This document shows, one piece after another, positions 24,739-36,890 of a DNA stretch of 63,685 nucleotides (within the stretch, counting starts at the first letter, position 1; each line of letters opens with the position of its first letter). Source of the DNA: Chrysemys picta bellii (Eukaryota). The DNA lies in NCBI RefSeq assembly GCF_011386835.1, contig NC_088791.1, positions 13,206,316-13,270,000 on the forward strand, given 5' to 3'. A program made the translations under genes and the position numbers. Under the pieces are notes generated by a model. The model ran no database searches, was not told the origin of the DNA, and worked only from the letters and a program-made list of their open reading frames with translations.

Positions 24739-26830
24739 AGTCTTCGCGGTGAATTTAAGTCATACAGTCACTTCAGCACTTCTGCCCTGACTCCTTGGTA
24801 GACGGATTTATTGTGCTTCTGCCTCATCATCCGTCATCAGGATTTATGGATTGACTCCTGAATGAATCAGGAACAAAAATACACTGTCCGTTCTGGACTG
24901 TTGTTTTTTCCAAACTGTGCGTGAGCCCCAGTGGTTTAGATTTTAGTATGTTCTGTCACTGGCTTTCACTTACTGAAGGAAACTCTCACAGAGTGATACC
25001 GAGGGTTAAATAGTTAACGATACAGCTCCCACTCTTGCAGATCAGCAGCAGCAATGACAAATGTTGTAAATAAAGATATCTCCTCTGTCCTTTTTGATTT
25101 GTTTTTATTCTCTCCTGAGCCTTTGCATTAAGGTGTTAAAAGAGAGGCGAAATATGTAAATTGCAGTAACTGTAATCTAAGGAGACCTACTGGAATGATT
25201 TCTGTAGTCAGAATACAGTTTTCAAAGCTCTATCCCTGCATAGCCAGATAATCATAACATGAAGATAAAAAAAGTGGCTGGTAAATATTTTTGTGATAAG
25301 AATATATGAAGCTTTTTTCCTTGATTTTTAGTACTAACATAAAATAAACATGTTCAAGCTTTTGTGAAATATCTTCTATTTTTTAAAAGAAAGTTTCTAT
25401 TGTGTCAGTTGTTTTTTTCTTCCATGTGAATTGTTTTCGGTAGACCTGTAATATATTTTATACTTTTTGTTTTTAGTCATTGTCAGTGTACCTTTTCATT
25501 GCTTGTATATTTCATCAGCGTGTAAAAACACTTCTCATTAAAAGACGTTCTCTCGTGTAAATACCTGATATTTATAAAATTCTTTTTTTTTTTTTTTAAG
25601 GTTTATGGGTTTGGGGTTTTTTGAGTGTCTAATCCTAGCAGGTATGAAAATTCTGTATGATTTATGGCCATTACTGTGGCTTTAAAGGATTGTGATAGAC
25701 CCACCCCAAAAGGAGCTTTCCAGGCGGCCCACTAATGAAACCAACCAACCAACCTTCTGCTTAAGGCCCTGATTCAGGAAGGTACTTACGGACATGCGTA
25801 ACTCTAAGAGGGGAATAATCCCAGTGCATGGAATTGGGACTGTTCTTATGCATAGTGAGACAGGTACTGAAGTGTCTTTCTGAATCGGGACCTAAGGCAA
25901 TGGGATCTATCAGTTTTAACGGTAGCAATTGAGTTTTAATTTGTAGCTGGAGCTGATCCTTTTATTTGCAAGTGTTTCTGTGTTTGTCAAAATGATTGCG
26001 CTCGCATTTAGAAAAAGGAAGTGTCGTTCGTATTCCAGAAAGACTAGAAAGCATACTATGCCATTTTGTGTTTGTTGTGATGTTTTCTTTTAGTGTATCT
26101 TTTAATCAGTATTACCTTGCAAAGACAAATAAAGTATGCTATGGAAATGTATGTTTTATTCTCCATTTTAAACAAAGGAATAATTCTAGAATGCCACAAA
26201 ACGGTGACAGTATGAGATATTTTAGTACAGTGTGTCTGAGAGTAAATCAAGTAGATAGCATTACATTTTAAATTATAAATTACTCTGAAACCTGTCATTT
26301 TAAATATCATGCCTTATGTTTCAAAAGCTATAGGGTAAATCCAGCCATCGTCATTTAATTTTCGGGTGCTTCTACTCTGGACTGTACAGTGATAAGCATC
26401 TTGAGTTTTAGAATGCAAACATTTAACCTGTTGCACAGATATTACCAATTACTTTTTTAAAATGCCATCTCAATTGATATTAATGAGAATGAATTAGTCA
26501 TGTTTTTTAAAACATCTTGTCTAGGTAAAGAAATTAGGTTTTCCTGATATGACTGTTAAATTGCAAATCAGTGGAGATATGGATGAAATTGGTTTATTAA
26601 AAGTGCACTGTTACCTTCTGTGTTCCATGCCACCTCATTTATATTCTATCCCTAATTACCAGTCAACACATTAGCCAAGACTGTTCTTGGTTTTAATTTC
26701 TAACTTTGGATCATTCGATGTTTTAAAACTTATTCTTGTTTTTCTTGTATCATAGACACACACAAAATATACTGTCTTTGGTCCTCTTTGCTTTGGTTGC
26801 ACAATAAAGAACTTAGCTTTTGGTAACTTG
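24739..26830 (+). other. TAF3: TAF3 3'UTR (end approximate) with candidate poly(A) signals
   Basis: AT-rich sequence after the stop. AATAAA at 25343 and 26803, ATTAAA at 25537; the last two are followed by T/GT-rich tracts. The true cleavage site cannot be determined here. Confidence 0.6.
25766..25895. mobile_element. Short palindromic MITE (representative of several tiny foldback repeats)
   Basis: ggccctgattcagga..agta ... tact..ctgaatcgggacc inverted ends. Similar short elements at ~2420-2518, ~17040-17100, ~29095-29180 and ~41850-41925. Confidence 0.55.
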
Positions 26831-27057
26831 TTTATCAATTTCCCCCTGTGTTCGGTGAATCAGAACTTCCCACATTTAAATGATTAAATTATGCAACTGA
26901 GATTCAAATGGCAAAGTCTCACATTTGCCACTTCTCTTGCATTTCAGGAATTTGCGGGTTTGTCCATTGCTATTTCAGGGTTGTTTTCCTAAACTCGGGT
27001 CATTTTTTTTTTAATAAATTATCTTTGCAGTAATATCGCCAAAGAATCATTATCAGG

Positions 27058-27267
27058 AGGCTTGAATGGCTCATGGGATTAGGAAGGGGAGATGAAGCCT
27101 TTCACCAGGTCACAAGGTTGAATCCAGCCTTGGACAGTAGAAATGAGCAGTCCGATTCTCCTTTCACTTGCGCTGGAATAGATCAGAAGTCAAGGGCATT
27201 AGTATTGGTTGTAAGAGAAGAATCAGGATCCAAAAGTGGCTACCATCTGACTGCTGTTGAGTGGCCA
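27058..27267 (+). mobile_element. LF-SINE-like 5' fragment with an internal ~95-bp insertion
   Basis: gaatggctcatgggatta..agcctttcacc..aatccagcc and aaaagtggctaccatctgactgctgttgagtggcc match the recalled LF-SINE 5' end; not searched. Confidence 0.65.
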
Positions 27268-30014
27268 TTTTAAAATTACCTACATTAGCATTTTATAGTC
27301 CACACCTGAGTGGATTATTTTAATTCCTTCCATGTAAGAGATTGACAATAGCAAAGTCTCAAATAGACCTCATGGAATTTCTGGCTATTACCCCTTTTCA
27401 GGGTATAGAAACTCCGATGGTGTGAGGTCAGTTATTTTTTTTTAGTTGGGTGTTTGATCTGTATGTTTGTTTGGGAGTCTTTTCTGCTGTGTTTTGTGGT
27501 TTGGTTTTTTTTTTTTCTTGTGGTTTTGGGGCTTTCAATTTTATTACTTTTGATGGAGAGGTGTCCATGTGGTGAATGTCATGCCTGTTAACGTTGGGAA
27601 GGCTTTATCAAAAGGAAAGTTTGCTGGTCTTTGTCTTTAGAGGACAAGTTTCTGTCTTGTCAATTACACTGTTCAGAGTACAGTAATAAACCTAGCCAAA
27701 GGCTTGGAAAGTAAAGACCTATGAGGAAAGACTTTTCAGTGTATAGAGAAGACAGAGAGAACTCTACATATATGTAAAAAACAAGACGGGGTATTCTTTT
27801 TTCCATTAATCAGTAAATCAGAACAAGTAATAGATTTAAGCCACTGCAGCGAATACTAAGAGTAAAATTAAGGAAAACTTTATAAAAGTTGTAGTAGGAA
27901 AAAAACCTATTGAATCTCACTGTCGGTACTGGGCCAGGAGCTAATATGATGTAAATCTGCAGAGCCTATTCCATTTTACAGCAGCTGAGAACCTGCCCTT
28001 TTGTGCTTTAAAGACCCACTTTTTGGCTCTCTAACTGAATGAAGTCACACAGAAATATTTAAGGTGTGTAGTGTGTTCATCAGTAATGTAAGATGTGCCT
28101 GAAAGCTAGTGGAGAATCCTGAAAAACTAGCTCCCAGGATGTTTGTAATTAACTACACTCATTAACTGTATAATCACATTTTGCACCCAGAAAAATCTGT
28201 GACCTAGTAGCAAGATCTTATGGAAAAGCCTGTATGAAGAAAATGCCTTGCCTAGCAATTTTATTGAAGGGGATTTATGGAGATGTTCTTTTACCCAGAT
28301 AATCTAACTTCAGAAGTGTATGTAGCACGCAAAGCATAATTTCTATGGTTGACAAGGTGTTTCTCTTCTGAAGGTGTCTGCAGTTAAGTAGAGTGAGGAT
28401 CTTTATGCTCCTCAGCTGATATGTGATTCCAAATGTCCTGGAAGGAGAAAAAAAATTGAGGGTATCAGAGCTTGTGACTTTGTCCTGGGCTTTCCAGAGA
28501 TAAAATATACAGCATTACTTCACTGTATCACCTAAACCTTCTTTGTTCTCCTTTCAATAGGACGATTAAACAAAGACCTACTAACCAAATTAAAGTATAA
28601 AATGAACACTGATATATGGAAACCTTGCCAGAAAGAATGTTAATGAATGAAGTTCTCTAAAGGCATGCTGGCTAAGTTTTCAATACTAATAGTTTTATGG
28701 CCAATCTCTTTAGTTCATAGCAGTTTTCTTTAGAAGTTTGTCTCAAAGTAGCTGAGTTTCCTTGACTGTAGAATGAATTAGATAATGTTCTGAATAAAGT
28801 CTCTCTTCACAATTGTGTCAGTCATTCTATTTAGGAAACTCTCTTTCTTCTTTTGGAATCTTGGATCAGCTGTAACCTAAAAAGTATAAAGCATCTATTA
28901 ATCCATGTGTGGAGTACAGCAGAGGATGCTGTAATGGGAGATTTAAGACAGCCAAACGGCTTGTACCTGATTGATGTAAGCTGAGGCATTTCATTTAAAT
29001 ATGAAATTTTTCAACTGGCTATTTGGCTCTTTCACTTGGGACAAGCCAAGATGCAGCTGTGATTCTTCATAGAACTGTCCCTGGGATGCAGTCTTTGGGC
29101 CAGATCCGCAGTTGGTATAAAGTGACATAGATCCATTGGAGTCCATGGAGCTATATTTGTTTACACCTGTTGAGGGCTGGGCTTTTTGTACATGAAGGTG
29201 ATTACTTTTACAATTACTTTAAATCCCGCAGGATTCATTTTGCTTTTCCTGGAACATTGATTTTTAAGCCTGGAAATATGAAGTTCTATGTTCCTGGAAA
29301 CGTATGTAAAATATTATTTCATTTTTGTCAGTGGCTGATGAATAAACACTCGTGGCTGACGCATAAACACAAGACTACAGTGGGCACAGAGATATTGTGG
29401 ATTTGTACCTGCGTTTGTACCTTATACAAATAATGATTGTGTTGTTAGCAATGAAGCATTGCTCGAGATTTCATAGAATGTCAAAATGTTGCCCACCGTA
29501 CAGGCTTTGTAAAACAAAGCTATTGGGGAAATGTAAGCAGAAAATGTTCCATGATCCTTTTAAAAATTCAAATTGAAAGTTGTTACTAATGAGTAGATAT
29601 TTCCCTGCTCTGTTGTCAATTGAAGCATTTTTCAGTGTTGTGCTATTATGTGGAAACCTGAAAGCAAAATCAGCAGAAACTGACTAAAAAAAAAAATTAA
29701 ATTTACAAGCCTATTGTATTGCCTAAACTGGGGGGAGGCTACAAAAAATAACCAGTCTGACTAGTGAAAATTGAATTTGATTTTTAAACTTCAGTTTTAA
29801 TAATATAAAATGTGAGGGGATTTGTTTTATAAAATAAAAACCGTTGCCTGGCAATGTCCCTTTAAAATGTAGTTTTGACAACATATCATATCACGAGCTG
29901 TTAAGCCTCAGTCATTGGTTACTGTTCTTGTTGTGAGATGTGTGAGGGCAGGTTGTTGGAGCACTGTACTGTTGTAACCCAGTGCTGGTAGTGGGTTGTG
30001 TGCAAGAGGTCTTG

Positions 30015-30296
30015 GGGTAGGTCTACACTTACCTCCGGGTCCGGCGGTAAGCAATCGATCTGGGATCGATTTATCGCGTCTTGTCTAGACGCGATAAATC
30101 GATCCCGGAAGTGCTCGCTGTCGATGCCGGTACTCCAGCTCGGCGAGAGGAGTACGCGGCATCGACGGGGGAGCCTGCCTGCCGCGTCTGGACCCGCGGT
30201 AAGTTCGAACTAAGGTACTTCGAATTCAGCTACGTTACTAACGTAACTGAATTTGCGTACCTTAGTTCGAAATGGGGGGTTAGTGTGGACCAGGCC
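30015..30296. mobile_element. Young CpG-rich Harbinger-type MITE with three internal hairpins
   Basis: Termini GGGTAGGTCTACACT / AGTGTGGACCAGGCC. Perfect 19-bp stem at 30062-30080 / 30088-30106. CpGs retained. Confidence 0.85.
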
Positions 30297-30689
30297 TCGG
30301 ATACACAACTGTTAACTGCAGTGGCTCTGCTAATAAGAAAACTCAACTGATTCCTGTGAGCGGGTGTTTAGCCAGGGCCATCCTTCCACATGTTCAGGGC
30401 CAATCAATATTTGTTTTATTAAACTTCTAGATTTTTCAGTTGAATGTTCTGCATTATCTGTGGGAGCCAAATAATGCAGCAGCACCGCCATAATATTTCC
30501 TGATACGAGAGCTGGAAAGAAAATAGGAGCGGGAAGGGGATTGCACAAAATTATTTCCATTTTTAATCCAAATTTATTTTTCAGTCATTTACTGACAAGC
30601 TCTATATTAATACGAAACGTGGTGACTGCTGGTAAATGTTCTCTTTTAGTAGTGACTACAGAGGAGGAAGGATAGCACTCAGCAAATCC

Positions 30690-30775
30690 GACTTCATCCT
30701 TGCCTCTGTTACAGGTGACCGTGGCACTTAATCTCTCTGCTCCCCAGTTTCCCCATCTATAGAATGGGGATGTCC
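30690..30775 (+). mobile_element. MIR core fragment
   Basis: gtgaccgtggcacttaatctctctgctccccagtttccccatctatagaatgggga matches the CORE domain. Confidence 0.7.
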
Positions 30776-31436
30776 TGGAGCCCACAAGGCTAGGGTGCCT
30801 CCTGGCGGGTCTGCGGATTAGCTCCTTCCAGAGGTGCTGCACCATCCTCTGGCAGTCTCTCCACCCATCTTTGCAACTTCAGGAGCTCCTTAGCAACTTG
30901 GCCCTCCGGCCAGGTCGCTGTGCATCCTCCTCTTCTGGAGTAACAAAGCCTTTGGGGCAAACTATCCCAGGCAGTCTGCTCTCCTCTGCCTGGTCTGTGT
31001 CACTTCCTCCATGACTGGTAGGGGAATCTGGGCATGCCTCTACCTGGGGTTCCAGCCCAGGGACCCTCTCAGCAGCAGACAAGATCTGGATACTCTATAC
31101 CTTGCTGCCTTTCCCCTGAGCCTTTCCGGCTCTCTCCTTTCTCTGGGTTTGCCAGCCCAAACTCCCTCTTCCCAGGCAGTAACTGTAAACTACCCTCTGT
31201 AGTCCCCAAAACACCTCCGTTTTCCCGGGGAGTGACTGCAGACTCCTTCCCTGCAGCTCCTAGCTGCTCTCAGCTTCTGGGTTTTGTACAGTTCCCTCCT
31301 GTTCCCATCCAGCTGAGCCTCATCTAATTAATCCCTGCTCCTTGGCTCTTCCTCCAGGTGCAGCCTGGACAGATAATTGGCCTGCCTGGCCACCTTAACC
31401 CCTTCAGGCCTTGTGTGGGGTGGACACCCCGGGACA
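30776..31436. mobile_element. LTR-like interspersed repeat (class uncertain)
   Basis: GC-rich block ending ..ggggtggacaccccgggaca, resembling reptile solo-LTR-type ends. No TSD established. Confidence 0.4.
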
Positions 31437-31949
31437 GAGCATAACACTTCCTTTTCCCCACTCTGTGTTTTGTCTATTAAGATTGTAAACACCTCAGGGT
31501 TGGGAACTGGCTCTTACCATGTGTTTGTACAGTGCCTAACGCCTGATCTCAAATTTGCGATGGATGCCCAAAGCCTCCTGTGGGTACAATATTCGGTTAG
31601 ATATGCCCAGGCCTCCTGGCCCCCGCTTTGTGTGACAGTTAGGAACTCGCCTCGCTTTAGAACTCTGTGTCTGAACCGGCTCATCAGTGGGTGCATTGTT
31701 AGTTCCATTTTCACTGCTGCTGGTAGTGGAATCCTGTGTCTTTTCAGATTATACCTGGACATCTTCCTCCAGGTTTCCTCAGGATTTGTATCCAACAGTC
31801 CTGCTGCTTCAGATCTGTTTATTCAGATACTTTGTGTGGAATAAGGCAGGTAGGACTGAGCTCCACACTGAGCTCTTATTTTAGTTGGTGATGCTTTTAT
31901 CTTCCACGGCTGTTTTTTGTTTTGTTTTGTTGTTGTTGTTTTTGGTGGT

Positions 31950-34790
31950 GGTGGTTGTTGGCGTTTTGTTTTTTTTTTGAGGCATGTCTAAAAAGCCGCT
32001 TGTTGCCTTCAGTTGCTTCTGTGAGGTCTGTCAAAATATATCCCTCACAGATGAGCATGATCGCTGCCTTTTGTGGCTCTGTTGGCTGTGTAATCTACGA
32101 GATAGCACTCTCAGTTGCTAGGTACTTAAGTGAGAGCATTGTGAAAACAGACAGTGCTTCCCTGAAGCTTCTACTAAGCCCAATGCCAAGTCAACCCAGA
32201 AGATCTCAATGGACAAGTCTTTGCTTCAGCATCCAGCAACCCAGCTGGGCATTGACTATCATAGAACTCCCTGCTCCACTTCAGGCCAACTCCTGCTACG
32301 TTTGAATTGCCGCATTTCAAGGCTTCAACACGCTTACATCACTGGCCCCGTCCTTGTGGATGCTGTTGTCTCAAAATCCGCTTTCCTTTTTTCCAGGATG
32401 ACCATGGGCCGACTATAAAGAATTTGCCAGACCCACCATGTTTCAGTCATTGATCACTGCATGTTGGGCTTACTGGCCTCCTTATTGTTTGGTATCCATA
32501 ACACTCCTTAGGAGACAACATTTGGGGAGCCCAGCCCCAGTCCATTCAGATGCATGAGCTACATCTGCTGATGGACTCCCATGGAGAAGCTCTCGCTCAG
32601 TGAACAATTTACAATGTAGATACTAATTTCTAGTTACCATAGCCACATCCTGCCTAGGATGGAGAAGCCCTAGGATGGCATTGAACCAACCCTTCCGCCC
32701 AGGCAATAATTGTGGTCTCTGCTGTCCATTTCTCCTCCTCAGTTACTTTCTTCCCCGCTGCTTGGCTTGCAGGGAAACACCCTCCTCAAATCAATTCACA
32801 AAGCCATGGCTGTCCTTTCAATCACTTCTGATGACTCAAGTGTGCCATGATGCCCATGGTAAACTACCCAATGATAGTGACTATGCACAAGGCCGGTTAT
32901 GGATCCATCAAAATCTCTTGTTAGTTTTGGGGGGGGTTGTGCATCTGTTTCTATACCTTCTCCTCGAGTCTTGTCCTTATTTTATACTGAAAGCTCTTTG
33001 GAGCATGTGCTATTTTTTTATATATTTAAGTGCAAAATGGCGTTCAGCCTCAACAATGATCCTGTGTCCAACCCAATGTTTGCAGAGTGCCCAGCACAAT
33101 GGGGCCCTGATTTGGGGCCTATAGGCACTGCTGCAATAGAAAACATTGATGTAGGCAGAGCACTTGTTTTCGTGAAAGAACCTAAAACATCACAAATGCT
33201 CTGGAGATGAAGGCAGGCCTGAAGATGCAATATGCATTCAGGGGCTGTGTATCCCAAATGGTGGCTCCAATTCAGATGAACCTCAGATCATCGTTATTCA
33301 ACAACAAGCAGTGGGGTGCTGGTATTGCTCTCAGTTCAAGCAGTGGTCAGCAAGGATTTTCCTGGTCACTATTCACTTAGCAAGGAAAGGGTGAGAATGA
33401 TCCCAGAAGATGAGCCAACTGCTAAAAGATCCTGTGGATTGGAGATTGCTGAAGCAAATAATTGCCAAGGGGCGTTCCCCTTCACCTGTCTTAGTCTTAG
33501 TTGCACATATAGGACCTGATTCTCTTCAGAAGGGCTCAGTACCCACAACTCCAGCTCAAGTGGATGGGAGCTGCAGGTGCCCAGCACCTCTGAAAATTTG
33601 GCTTTTAATTCATCAGAGTTAATATAGGTTCTATTTTATTTTTTTGGTGCCCGTGTTCAAGGGCAGGGCAGGTTCTACTTAACACAGTGGTCAGGTTCAT
33701 GAGGGGCCTTTTGTGTTTCAAATCCCCCTTTCAAGTCCAGAAGCTCCTTGTGTTTTAGATAGGGTGACCAGACAGCAAGTGTGAAAAATCGGGACGGGGG
33801 TGGGGTGTAATAGGAGCCTATATAAGAAAAAGACCCAAAAATCGGGACTGTCCCTATAAAATCGGGACATCTGGTCACCCTAGTTATAGAGTATCATTGT
33901 GGTCTACCTAAGCTACTGAAGCCTCTTTCAGGGCCATTTGATTCCTGCCAGCTCAGGTTTCTTGCATGGAAAGTTTTTCTTTCCAGTGGCTGTGGCTTCT
34001 GTTTGTAGAGCAAGGGAACCTCAGGGTCTAGTGACTGATCCATCCTACACTAAATTTTGCAAGGATAAGATGGCACTACGGACTCAGACAAGATTCCTTC
34101 CCAAGGTGGTGACAGAGCTCCACCTTAATGACTTCATCATCCTGCCAAATTTTTCCCACGCCCGAATGCCCATCGTTGCAAGACCTTGGTTTGCAAGTTT
34201 GAGGCTACCAAAAGTCCCCAGGCTTTTATCTGCAACTGGCTGCAGATCTTGAAGTCCATCCAACTTTTCATTTCACTTGACGTTGGTCCAACAGGTCTGT
34301 CTTTACCAGAGCCATGGTTAAATGGCTGGCGGGTTGCATTATTTCTCTTTGCGCTCTCTGCAACTTTTGGATTGCCTATGTTGGTTGTGAAGTTACACAC
34401 TTGCAGAATGTTGTTGCTTGGAATTCTGGCATGAATCCAGATTTGGCTTCATATGTTGCACAAGCGGTTTGAGTTGTGTGCTCGTAACTTTTTCCCCCCC
34501 TAGCTATTTTAATTTTCTGGGATGACTGTACAATTTAGCTGTTTATGTCTGCTATGACGTGTCCTTATCATTATCAAAACTTTATTTCTTTGCTGCTGCT
34601 GCTGCTGTGAGAGATTGCCAGTAGCACACGTTTACTAGTCTGAGACCTGCAGGTTTCCTTTGTGTGAAACACAACTGACTACAATTAGTCATCTTCTGGA
34701 GAGACACCTTTGGAGCTTTTCGGTGTCCTGGAGTGGGCTCTATTGTGAGTCATACCTTTTTGAAGAAAAGAACATTACTTAACTGGGTGT
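31950..34790 (+). mobile_element. Highly degenerate DIRS-type tyrosine-recombinase retrotransposon remnant
   Basis: A gag-like Cys/His N-terminus at 31983 (MSKKP..C..C..SLTDEHDRCLL). YR-like peptides at 33960-34430 (FPVAVASVCRARE..DPSYTKFCKDKMALR..FLPKVV..LHLN..IILP; KSIQLFIS). Terminal-type motif gaagaaaagaacattactta at ~34762. Outer boundaries approximate. Confidence 0.75.
33760..33882 (-). mobile_element. hAT (Tip100-like) MITE, copy 2, inserted in the DIRS remnant
   Basis: Reverse-complement homolog of 12788-12909. TSD gttttaga / gttataga (7/8). Confidence 0.93.
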
Positions 34791-35079
34791 TGAATGTAGT
34801 ATGATAGCAGATATCTCCACAGAACTGGGGCTCCATTGAGTAATTCTTTATGATTGCTACCAACTTATTGCAACAAATTAACTGATGGTTAGCGGCTGTG
34901 AGAGCTGCTATATTCTCAGCCAGGCAAGGATCTGTTCCCACCCCTTCTGTTAGTTTAATGGCTTCAGAACTCTAAAGCTATGATAGTTCACATCAGTCCC
35001 ACCTGTAGAGAGCATGGGAATCCAGTAGAATTGCTTGCTTAGTATGACCAAGGACTAATTTGTTTAATACGTGTATTAC

Positions 35080-35175
35080 AAATGGAGAAAATGAGGCAGA
35101 CGTTCTAATGTGATTTGTCCCAGGTAGCAAAGTCGAGACTACAATTCAGAGCTTCTGACTTCCAGACTGGCCTCT
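35080..35175 (-). mobile_element. MIR-like SINE fragment
   Basis: aaatggagaaaatgaggcaga..gtgatttgtcccagg..cttctgacttccag is reverse core/head sequence. Confidence 0.55.
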
Positions 35176-36890
35176 AAACTAACCAGATTATTCTAGTCCT
35201 GGAAAAGCTTTAGGTAAAAATAGTGGCCTTGCGTTTGCAGTTCAACCATATCCCAAACCAGAGTAAATCTCTGACATGTTAACCATCCAAAAACTGGATT
35301 CTGCTTTTTTGGCCCTTCATATCCGTATTTGCAGCTGTTTTACTTGTGATGTCGGTTGCTGATTTGAGCTATATGTTCCTGCTTGGTAAATCTGGTGTTA
35401 CCTTTGTAGGCATCTTATTATTAACTGAACATCAAGGATTCCTTCTCGCATATATAGTGTGTTGAGCCTAAATGTGCGGTCTCAGCTTTATCAGTGCAGC
35501 CCTCAGGAATCCCTTCAAAGATCCATCCAAAACTCTGTGACACAGTGAGATGTCATCACTAGAACTTCCCCAGATGGCCAGATTGTATTCAGGATTTGCC
35601 AACATACAGAGTTGTACCGGCTTACTTTAAGATGTGAGTCAGGTTAGTTTAAGTTGACTGGAACAGATTTAAAATAAACCACTCACATCAAAATAAGGGT
35701 CCACCCAGGAGGTTGCGTCAGATTAACTAAAACCATTGCAAGTTTGTGGGTGGGCAAAGCCTCAATCTAATGATTTCCCATGGAGGTGCAGGCTCCCTGA
35801 TGAGCTGCTACCAACCTCTGCTGGAAGTGATGCCATTCTATAGCCATACAATTAAGTAGCATTTCAGTGTTTGTGATCCCAGATCATATTAAACTTGATT
35901 TTTAAAAGTACATTTGATTTTCCCTCCATTTTTTCCCCAGCGGGACACCAGTAAAGGTCGTTTGGCTGCATTTCCACTTTTCATATCCATATCTACCATG
36001 TTCAGATTTCTTTTAAAAGTCTCACCTTAACTCTGAATTTTCTCAGGTTTATAACACATGTTTATGGGAAAATTGCAACATTCTTGATTTTTTTTACCCG
36101 TAAATTACTTATATTTACACTCAACCTGAACTCCAGTTTAATGTATTCCCAGACCAAAAATATGTTAAATTAATATAATTATATTTAATAGCTTTTGGAA
36201 GTAAAGGTATCGTTTTAATTTGAGTTCTGGCCACCATTATTATAGACAGACGCACAAATGGCTGTTTTCAGTTTGTCTGTTTAATCTCTGTCCAGAGATG
36301 AGTTTTTCAGCGGCATCAAAAATTCCTTTAATAGTTTTTGTGTCATATGCCTTGAACAAAATTTCCCTGCAGTCAGAATCATTGTGCTTGTATGAACAGT
36401 AGCTGAATTGATTGCGACACGTGATTTGTTTTGTAGCTCTCAATGAGAGCTAATGAACAAGCCCGGTTAGTACATGACCAATTCACTTGTTTTGATGTCT
36501 GTTCAAAGTTTTCTCATGCAGGCCTGGTGGTTAGAGTTACATTGACATTTCACTATCCGCCTTGGCCTGACTCTCGCTTTGTGGCTGATTGTTCAGTAGC
36601 AAAATGGCCAGGTTCTGGAGCACTGAAGGTCACCAACAAGCAGAGACTGCCATGACAGCAAACCTTACACCGAATTTTAGAGTGATAAGACCATCATCCT
36701 GTTTGGGCGGCTGCTGCTTCCTGCTCCCTCTCCCACAAAGGTCCCATGCTCTAACAAGACTTATTTTCAAAAATAAGGTAACACCATCACCATCATGCCT
36801 GAGAATATCTGAGCAGTCTCCCCGTCTTCTCCAGAGTTGACCATGGCCAACCAACATGTTTTAAAAGTGTTAACCCTGTTAGGTGCTAAT

